Virus genome (UHGV): UHGV-1678524
Length of the DNA stretch: 43,095 nt
Strand: one strand, 5' to 3'
Source of the DNA: a virus
Shown here: piece after piece, positions 36,514-43,095 of the stretch
Position numbering within the stretch: the stretch's first letter is position 1
Layout of the letters: the number at the start of each line of letters is the position of its first letter
Position numbers and translations under genes: made by a program
The notes under the pieces: generated by a model
Told to the model about the DNA's origin: nothing
Seen by the model: only the letters and a program-made list of their open reading frames with translations
Databases searched by the model: none

Positions 36514-36873
36514 ATGAAACGTGAAAACATTATCCACTCTGAAAACTTCGCATTAGGCTTTTATGGCGTACCAACTCACCTTGAAAAGTATTATGGTGTG
36601 AAGATTCTCTCCAATCTCATTATGGCTTACAAAGATGGTAAGATTAAGCATACTGAGAAGAAACGTGTCATGGGTTATATGTCTGTAGGTTCAGCAATCT
36701 CAAACATTAAGCTAGAAACAACTAGCAGTCAGATTGTGAAAGACCACTTCATCAAAGAGCTTTACCAGAATCTTGATGGTGTAGATGTTCAGGCTGTTTG
36801 GTTGGATGTTGATGGTCACAACTACACAAGTTTTGTTTTCAAAAACGACGACATTAAGTGTCTGTTCCCATAA
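36514..36873 (+). CDS. Hypothetical protein
   Basis: 119-aa ORF. Confidence 0.35.
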   Translation: MKRENIIHSENFALGFYGVPTHLEKYYGVKILSNLIMAYKDGKIKHTEKKRVMGYMSVGSAISNIKLETTSSQIVKDHFIKELYQNLDGVDVQAVWLDVDGHNYTSFVFKNDDIKCLFP

Positions 36874-36886
36874 TAGGTGATTAACT

Positions 36887-37402
36887 ATGATTGATGTCTA
36901 CTTACAAGATGCTCATGCAAATTTCCTTAAAGAGATGCTTAAAAAGTTTATGGCTTCACAGTATGAGAATGAAGCATCTTTTAAAATAGTTACATGTGGC
37001 GATGAAGCTGGCTTTGTTGAGATTGAACATGAAGGTACTGGAAAGACTGTTTGTAAGCTACCTGATAGTATGTTCTCTAGCACATTCTTAACAAAGACTA
37101 GTATAAATGTTAAGCTTGTGCCTCAGATTGAAACATACTCTGGTACAGATTATCCTAAAGGTTTTAAGTCATTGATGAAGTACTTCTTAGATGACTTTGT
37201 GAGTAATCTTCTGAGGGAGGTAAAAGAAAGTCGTACAGTGTTGACTGTAGAGAACATGGGAGGAACTATCAAGGTCACTTCTGACTGTTTTGTTATGAGT
37301 CTCTTCGACTTCGTTCCTAAGAACTTTGATGGTATTCTGGATGAAGAAGATGACTGTGTAGACTTTATATTGGCTCTTGAGCCAGTTTTTGAGGTTAAAT
37401 AA
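36887..37402 (+). CDS. Hypothetical protein
   Basis: 171-aa ORF. Confidence 0.35.
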   Translation: MIDVYLQDAHANFLKEMLKKFMASQYENEASFKIVTCGDEAGFVEIEHEGTGKTVCKLPDSMFSSTFLTKTSINVKLVPQIETYSGTDYPKGFKSLMKYFLDDFVSNLLREVKESRTVLTVENMGGTIKVTSDCFVMSLFDFVPKNFDGILDEEDDCVDFILALEPVFEVK

Positions 37403-37663
37403 ATGAAAATTGAACACTGCTATGAGTCTGATGGAACACCTATCAGATGTCCACATTGTGGGTGTACAGACTTACAAGGTGAGGTAAGTGAAATAGTCAA
37501 CGGTCATATTGCTGAAGAAAGTACCCGATGCACAGGGTGTAATGAAATTATCGCTTTCTGGGCTTATGGTTCATACCAACCATCTCCACATTTTATCTAC
37601 CATCGTAGTGAAGTTGTGAAGAGTGTCATTAACTGGTTCATTAAGAAAGGGTTTACAAAATGA
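37403..37663 (+). CDS. Small zinc-ribbon protein
   Basis: CPHCGC ... CTGC cysteine pairs. Confidence 0.35.
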   Translation: MKIEHCYESDGTPIRCPHCGCTDLQGEVSEIVNGHIAEESTRCTGCNEIIAFWAYGSYQPSPHFIYHRSEVVKSVINWFIKKGFTK

Positions 37664-38205
37664 TTAAGCTAATATTTGCAAGTGGTGAAAATGGTGAGTT
37701 TGGTACTCCAACTGGTATGCCGTGGCCTCGACATAAACAGGACATGCAAGAGTTTAAGAGACTCACTAAAAACAACTTAGTGGTAATGGGTAATGAGACT
37801 TTTAAGACTCTGGGTAGTAAACCTTTACCAGAACGTGCAAACCTCATCTTAACAAATTCTGTACCATACTTAGGCATAGACTTTGGCAAAGATGATGTAA
37901 TGTATGCTAAAGCCAGTAAAGAGTCATTTGGAGCATTTTTGAAGTATCTTGATAGCTCTATTGATGAAGATGTCTTTGTAATTGGTGGTGCAGGTGTCCT
38001 TGTCAATGCTTTACCGTATGCTAGTGTGGTGTTCCATACTGTTTTCCATAAAGTTACTGAAGAGGCCACTGTGCATTTACCTTTTGAAAACTTCTTTGAT
38101 AAACTGTATGATAGCCGTGTATTTGCAAAGGTGCAGTCAAGACCCTCAGATGATGGTAAAGCAACCTTTGAGATTTATGTTCCACAAGTAAAAGGGCACT
38201 TTTGA
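37660..38205 (+). CDS. frd: Dihydrofolate reductase
   Basis: N-terminus IKLIFASGENGEFGTPTGMPW and VVMGNETFKTLG match the DHFR fold (cf. E. coli FolA MISLIAALA...MPW ... VIMGRHTWESIG); immediately upstream of thymidylate synthase. Confidence 0.75.
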   Translation: MIKLIFASGENGEFGTPTGMPWPRHKQDMQEFKRLTKNNLVVMGNETFKTLGSKPLPERANLILTNSVPYLGIDFGKDDVMYAKASKESFGAFLKYLDSSIDEDVFVIGGAGVLVNALPYASVVFHTVFHKVTEEATVHLPFENFFDKLYDSRVFAKVQSRPSDDGKATFEIYVPQVKGHF

Positions 38206-38206
38206 T

Positions 38207-39106
38207 ATGTCACAAGCTGATTTGAGCTACAAAAATATTCTGAACCATGTTTTATCCGTTGGTGAACTGCGTACTACACGAACTGGAGATGTTATCTCTG
38301 CATTTGCTCCACCAAAATTTCGTTTTGATATGCGTACTGGTTTCCCACTCTTAACATCTAAACAGGTGTTTACACGGCAAGTTATTGGGGAAGCTTTATG
38401 GTTCCTGAATGGTGAGAATAAACTTGGTGAACTCCGTTATCGCACTTGGGGTGAAAATGATGGGGAACGCTGGACTATCTGGTCAGATGATTTTAAACGC
38501 TGGTTAAGCTCTAATTATTCTTCTGAACAAGATTGGTTAGAAGATGCAGGCGGGAGAATCTACGGTGTTCAGTGGAGAAACTTTGAAGGTCATAATGGTT
38601 GTGTTGTAGACCAGTTAGAGACCTTAGTAGCGAAGATGAAAGGTGATATCACAGACCGCTACATGCTTGTTAATGCTTGGAATGCAGCAGATATTGCAGC
38701 TAACTCGATGGCTTTAGCACCTTGCCATGTTCTGTTTCAGATTTATATCACTAACGAAGGTGAAGTTGACTTACAATGGTATCAACGTTCTGTAGACACC
38801 TTTTTAGGACTTCCATTTAATATTGCGTCTTATGGTTTTATTCTGGAAGTTCTTTGTAAGATGACTGGATACACACCACGATACTTGATAGGTGTCTTTG
38901 GGGATACTCAGATTTATCAGAATCATATGAAGCAGGTTTATGAACTGATGAACAACGAAGAGTTCCATGCACCTACTTTTGAGATTGGTGTACCACTTAA
39001 CACTTTAAGTGACTTAAAACATCTTACTGCAAGTGACTTTATTGGTGGCATTAACAACTACCAACATGCAGGAAAGATTGAAGCACCTTTGTCAGTAGGT
39101 AAGTAA
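38207..39106 (+). CDS. td: Thymidylate synthase
   Basis: RTGDVISAFAPPKFRFDMRTGFPLLTSK (cf. ThyA [28 protein letters not shown]) and active-site PCH in APCHVLFQIY. Confidence 0.85.
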   Translation: MSQADLSYKNILNHVLSVGELRTTRTGDVISAFAPPKFRFDMRTGFPLLTSKQVFTRQVIGEALWFLNGENKLGELRYRTWGENDGERWTIWSDDFKRWLSSNYSSEQDWLEDAGGRIYGVQWRNFEGHNGCVVDQLETLVAKMKGDITDRYMLVNAWNAADIAANSMALAPCHVLFQIYITNEGEVDLQWYQRSVDTFLGLPFNIASYGFILEVLCKMTGYTPRYLIGVFGDTQIYQNHMKQVYELMNNEEFHAPTFEIGVPLNTLSDLKHLTASDFIGGINNYQHAGKIEAPLSVGK

Positions 39107-39107
39107 A

Positions 39108-39148
39108 ACAAAAAAGGCTCCCGTAAGAAGGAGCCTTAAAATTTTATT
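39108..39148. terminator. Bidirectional rho-independent terminator between convergent gene blocks
   Basis: AAGGCTCC-cgtaagaa-GGAGCCTT at 39114-39137 flanked by an A-run upstream and T-run downstream. Confidence 0.55.
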
Positions 39149-39515
39149 TTTCAGTATTCTTTGTGTTCTTCTCAGTAATAGCTTGGAGGGCTGATACTGA
39201 TTGAGCCAGATTATTCACACTGTCAGAGAATTTATCAAGAGTTTTGGTAAGTTTTGCATTCTCACCCTTAACATTCTCTAACTGAACTTTCTGGTTCTCC
39301 ATCCCTAGCTGAATCAGTCTCATGTCAGACTGTAAATCACGAATAGCTGAATAGTTACTTTTGGAATAATTATCTAGCTGCTGTAACTTTGTTGTGACAG
39401 ACACTTCTTGCTTACCACTTGAAACTTGCATAGTGGTATACATCCCAATAACACTAAAAATACCAACTACAATTGCACCAATATTATTTTTAAAAGCTTC
39501 CTCTAGCCACTTCAT
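39144..39515 (-). CDS. Membrane protein with N-terminal TM helix and coiled-coil region (holin- or spanin-like candidate)
   Basis: NNIGAIVVGIFSVIGMYTTM hydrophobic segment then heptad-rich polar sequence. Confidence 0.3.
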   Translation of the reverse strand: MKWLEEAFKNNIGAIVVGIFSVIGMYTTMQVSSGKQEVSVTTKLQQLDNYSKSNYSAIRDLQSDMRLIQLGMENQKVQLENVKGENAKLTKTLDKFSDSVNNLAQSVSALQAITEKNTKNTEK

Positions 39516-39710
39516 TTATTTCTCCCCCTTAAAAGCTTTTTCTAAGTTATCTACGAACTCATCATCAATAGGCGTGTCTGTTTTACTCGCAAGGTATCTT
39601 GCAAGCTTAAAGAACACTTTCTCAATCATGTATTCACTTAGAAGGGATAAAATGAGTTTCCAGAAGAAGCTACCTAGATTTTTTAGAAGAATTGCTAGGA
39701 TTGTAGGCAT
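39516..39710 (-). CDS. Small hydrophobic protein
   Basis: 64 aa, hydrophobic N-terminal half. Confidence 0.3.
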   Translation of the reverse strand: MPTILAILLKNLGSFFWKLILSLLSEYMIEKVFFKLARYLASKTDTPIDDEFVDNLEKAFKGEK

Positions 39711-39789
39711 TTAATCACCTCATCAGCCAAGATGGTGAGAATACCCATAAAGAATATTAACACCATCTTAACAATCAGTCAACAATGGA

Positions 39790-42321
39790 TTAAGCAGTTC
39801 TTACCCAAGCCATTAACTTGTAGAACTGGTTAGTAACGCTAAATGCTGACCCAGAACCTGCACCACCAGTGTTACCACTTACTGTATGGCTGTGAGCACC
39901 AATACCAACACTGTGAGCATGGTCACCAGCATAGGCGGCAGTACCACTAATTGAATGCGCGTGGTCACCACCCCCATCAGTGTAACCCGGACCTGTACCG
40001 ATTCTACCACCACCACCACCAGAATAGTGTGTAGAGTTCTGACCAATCCACGAGATAGCGTGGTTGTGGTGACCAGCAGATGAAGTAGAGCCACTTACAG
40101 AGTGAGCGTGAGAACCAGTCGTGTTAGTGCTTTTTGTTCCGTAGTCAAAAGATGAAGTGGTAGCAGAAAAACTGTGCGTGTGTGAAGGCAAGTTCCCAAC
40201 AGCTAACGTCACAGAGTCTGAACCACCAGTTGTAGCAACATCTGAACCATTTGCTGCTGCAATTCTGATAGTTCTACCAACACCATTGTTGAGGTACGTC
40301 CAAGTTAGACCAGGCAGTGCTGTATTAGGGTCAACATTACTGTTAAACCATGTCACAATACCCACTGGATAGATTTTATTAAGGTCTGTAGAGTCACTTA
40401 CTGCCTGTGCAATCTTCTGGTCAGTTTCAGCTTTAGTGTATGCACCAATATCTGAAGGGGTTGGCTTCAAGAGACTAGTGTAATAGTAAGCAAGTATACC
40501 AGCAACATAGCCATCCGGAGCGGTATCGGATGTCTCTGGAGTCTCAAACAGTTGTACTGTTGCATTAGATGATGACTGAACCCTAGCTGTCGTAGCGTTT
40601 TGGTAGTTACCAACTACGCAATAAATGTCATAGTTATCACCAGATGTATTAACATACCCAATTTGATTTACAACATAATTTGGTGAGTTTTTCCATGCGA
40701 CAACATTTAAGCCTTTCGGTCTACCATTTCCTGCTCTGAGAACAATTTCCGTTTTACAAGCTTGGTCAACTATACCGTAGTTGAACCCAGACCCACCAAA
40801 CAGTTCAATCACTGCTGTTGATGTGCCTTGCGGCATATTAACAGTGGCAATTTTAGCCCATTTATTAACACCACTAGTATTGAATCCAGTGCTTCTTACT
40901 CTCAGATATCTATTATCGGCAGAAGTTTTATTATAATATCTGTCGTCAATGTTACTCCAATCAGAAGGTTGAACTCGACCATTGATTCTAACAGTTTTAT
41001 TTAGAAAAAAGCCATCTTGCATAAAAAGAGTGGTCCCAGTTTTATCATTGTGGATAATGAGTTTAGATGGGTTTTCTCTCTCGCCATTCCCGATGAACCA
41101 CCTTCTCACATTATCAGCGTTATAACCAGCAAAGTATAGTGCATTATCCTGAACAGTGTTTCTTAGCTGTAACGATAGGTCATCTTGGGTAATAACTTGT
41201 GTAGACCTGAAAATGTTCATGTTACTGAGTTTAGCAAGATTACTCAAAGTTCCTGCTGGAATGTATCTAGAATCAATGTTAGTCCAGTCAGAAGGTTGTA
41301 CTTGACCAGTGATTTTGACAGTCTTACTAAATGTTACACCAGACGCGTTTAATTTAATGGAAGTGTCCCCCTTGTAATCATAAATTGTGATATTAGAGGT
41401 TACATCACCTTTACCAATATACCACAAATTATTGTTTTCACTGTCCTTTGCTAGGATGAACAGAGTCTCATTGACCGTTTTATTTTTTAGAGTGATAGCA
41501 GCACCATCAGAGTTCACATTGACATTATTACTGAATGTGTTTAAACCACTGAAGGTATTATTACCAACTAGCTGCGCAAATCTCTGATTAGCTGCTGTCT
41601 GAGTAAAGTATCTAGCATCTAAGTTAGAGAAGTCAGAAGGCTGAACTTGACCAGTGATTGCTAAAGACTTATTAACAGAGATATTGCTTGCAACAATCAC
41701 TGCTGAGTTGTATTTGCTGTTATACAGGCTTACTGCATCCTCGCCATTGCTACCAATACCAACCCACCATCTAGCTGAACCATCTAGGTTTACACCCTCA
41801 ATGTATTGTGCATTATTTGCAATCTGGTTTCTAAGGCGAAGTGCATTACCATCACTTTGAATGTTCTGATTTCTAGAGAATGTGTTTGTTACAGCAAGCC
41901 TTGCATATCTTGCATCGTTCTCTTCATTGGTTCTCATTCCAAGCTCATTAGGACTTGGCTTATTCAAAGTGTGGTAAACAGTTGCAGACCTTGAAGCATC
42001 TGCAATAGTTAGTCTAAGACCGTTTGCGTTGATTTTAAAAGTCTTTAAAACATCCCCCATAGTAATCTCAGAAGAGTCTGTAGGGTCAAATACGGCCTTA
42101 CCACCATAAAGTAACTTGACAATTCCTAAGTCACCCGTCATAGTGCTACCAGCAATCTGGACAAATCTTTCTAGTTTAAAAGATGCTAAGAAGTCTTGAT
42201 AGGTCATTCGACGGTCTTCATCACCCAGCATTTCAGGTCTCTTTTTAACCCTGACATGAAGAAGGTCGTCTGAACGAATTGTATCAATTGAGTTTAATTC
42301 ACTCAACTTGTAATCTGCCAT
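39790..42321 (-). CDS. Tail fibre protein with internal tandem domain repeats and His-rich C-terminal receptor-binding-type domain
   Basis: 843 aa; repeated GQVQPSD(F/W)(S/T)N(L/I)DxRY modules; C-terminal HxH-rich segment (HTHS, HAHS, HHNH, DHAHS, AHSHT) ending AFSV...WVRTA. Confidence 0.7.
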   Translation of the reverse strand: MADYKLSELNSIDTIRSDDLLHVRVKKRPEMLGDEDRRMTYQDFLASFKLERFVQIAGSTMTGDLGIVKLLYGGKAVFDPTDSSEITMGDVLKTFKINANGLRLTIADASRSATVYHTLNKPSPNELGMRTNEENDARYARLAVTNTFSRNQNIQSDGNALRLRNQIANNAQYIEGVNLDGSARWWVGIGSNGEDAVSLYNSKYNSAVIVASNISVNKSLAITGQVQPSDFSNLDARYFTQTAANQRFAQLVGNNTFSGLNTFSNNVNVNSDGAAITLKNKTVNETLFILAKDSENNNLWYIGKGDVTSNITIYDYKGDTSIKLNASGVTFSKTVKITGQVQPSDWTNIDSRYIPAGTLSNLAKLSNMNIFRSTQVITQDDLSLQLRNTVQDNALYFAGYNADNVRRWFIGNGERENPSKLIIHNDKTGTTLFMQDGFFLNKTVRINGRVQPSDWSNIDDRYYNKTSADNRYLRVRSTGFNTSGVNKWAKIATVNMPQGTSTAVIELFGGSGFNYGIVDQACKTEIVLRAGNGRPKGLNVVAWKNSPNYVVNQIGYVNTSGDNYDIYCVVGNYQNATTARVQSSSNATVQLFETPETSDTAPDGYVAGILAYYYTSLLKPTPSDIGAYTKAETDQKIAQAVSDSTDLNKIYPVGIVTWFNSNVDPNTALPGLTWTYLNNGVGRTIRIAAANGSDVATTGGSDSVTLAVGNLPSHTHSFSATTSSFDYGTKSTNTTGSHAHSVSGSTSSAGHHNHAISWIGQNSTHYSGGGGGRIGTGPGYTDGGGDHAHSISGTAAYAGDHAHSVGIGAHSHTVSGNTGGAGSGSAFSVTNQFYKLMAWVRTA

Positions 42322-42335
42322 TATAAATTTTCCTC

Positions 42336-42360
42336 TAAAAAGGGGCTATACAGCCCCTGT
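42336..42360 (-). terminator. Hairpin plus U-tract between the two tail-fibre genes
   Basis: GGGGCT-atac-AGCCCC at 42342-42357; minus transcript followed by UUUUUAGAGGAAAA (includes the RBS of the 843-aa gene). Confidence 0.4.
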
Positions 42361-42367
42361 AAAGAAA

Positions 42368-43071
42368 TTAAGCTGTTCTCTGCCATACATACAATACGAA
42401 GGATGGCTGTTCAACACTAAATGCTTGACCAGAACCAGTTGGACCAGTTGTGCCAGAGTGCGAATGCTCACCTGCTCCGGTTACTGTTACTGTTGCTGAG
42501 TGGCTGTGGGAACCAATTGCAACAGAATGGCTGTGAGCACCAATACCAACCGTATGATTATGCGCACCAATTGCTACAGAGTGAGTGTGGTTGTTAGCTG
42601 TTGTCAACGTAGCTCTTGGGTCATAGCTTGCCCCCTCAACCGATAAACCTCTCCAGCCACCATCATCATAGCCACGGTTAATGAATGTTGTTTGTGTTAA
42701 GCCAGCGGCACTTGTTGTTCTGTTGCCATAGTCGTAAGTAGATACGGTCTTGGTTCCGTAGTCAAACGTTGTAGTCCCTTTAGTGCCATAATCAAAAGCA
42801 CTGATAGAGGCCGTTGCACCATGAGTGTGACCACCACCAGTGACATACACTGAGTGGGTATGTGCAGGGATGTTATTAACCGTCAGTGCAGTAGTCTGTG
42901 AACCAAACGTTGAACCAACTGGCCTAGAATCACTATCATAACCTACAAGTGCTCTCCCTTTTGAGACTAACTCCCAAGTACCTCCACAAATTAAATATGT
43001 AGAAGGGTTTGCAGAGTTCATGGAAAGATGGATAGTACCTACTGGATAGGAAGCCTGAACAGCCTTGTACA
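42368..43071 (-). CDS. Tail fibre protein, C-terminal fragment; 5' end truncated by the contig/adapter boundary
   Basis: Shares the C-terminal domain with the 843-aa fibre (YPVG..., FDYGTK, HxH repeats, GSGQAFSV...WQRTA); track start codon is a TTG artefact and upstream sequence is adapter. Confidence 0.6.
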
Positions 43072-43095
43072 AGATCGGAAGAGCACACGTCTGAA
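43072..43095. other. Illumina TruSeq adapter remnant (sequencing/assembly artefact)
   Basis: AGATCGGAAGAGCACACGTCTGAA matches the start of the TruSeq read-1 adapter AGATCGGAAGAGCACACGTCTGAACTCCAGTCA. Confidence 0.85.

Noticed and set aside
39879-40372. ORFs 39879-40094 (-) and 40157-40372 (+) inside the tail-fibre gene
   Set aside because: Alternate-frame or antisense reading of the His/Gly-rich repeat region giving Val/Leu/Thr-rich low-complexity peptides; artefacts of repetitive codon composition.
1-43095. CRISPR array, rRNA, integrase/attachment site, or transposon
   Set aside because: No regularly spaced direct repeats, no rRNA-like sequence, and no recombinase or transposase ORFs seen; the window looks like a strictly lytic phage.

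Overview
This window reads as a contiguous segment of a lytic, AT-rich, tailed dsDNA phage genome (T4/Felix O1-like gene content), not a bacterial chromosome. Every call is from reading the sequence and ORF translations; no database search was run. Genes form three blocks: minus strand 1-29095, plus strand 29353-39106, minus strand 39144-43071. Main content: (1) a large nucleotide-metabolism and replication module: aerobic RNR (nrdA, nrdB, glutaredoxin), anaerobic RNR (nrdD, nrdG), thymidylate synthase, DHFR, dNMP kinase, T7-type primase-helicase, family A DNA polymerase, ATP-dependent DNA ligase, RNase H-like 5'-3' exonuclease, SSB-like protein; (2) two group I introns, one ORF-less in nrdD and one carrying an HNH endonuclease gene inside motif B of the DNA polymerase; (3) an adjacent NAMPT-like plus PRPP-synthetase-like gene pair, which I interpret as a candidate NAD+ reconstitution (NARP1-type) anti-defence module, with a Poa1p-like macro-domain gene fragment at the window start; (4) an rIIA/rIIB-like pair; (5) lysis-related candidates (signal-peptide lytic transglycosylase, overlapping spanin-like pair); (6) two tail-fibre genes sharing a His-rich C-terminal domain; (7) a 570-nt non-coding GT-rich structured region with near-consensus sigma70-like promoters; (8) recurrent GC-rich hairpin plus U-tract elements about 20 nt upstream of many start codons; (9) an Illumina adapter remnant at the 3' end of the window. 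Many small ORFs are hypothetical.
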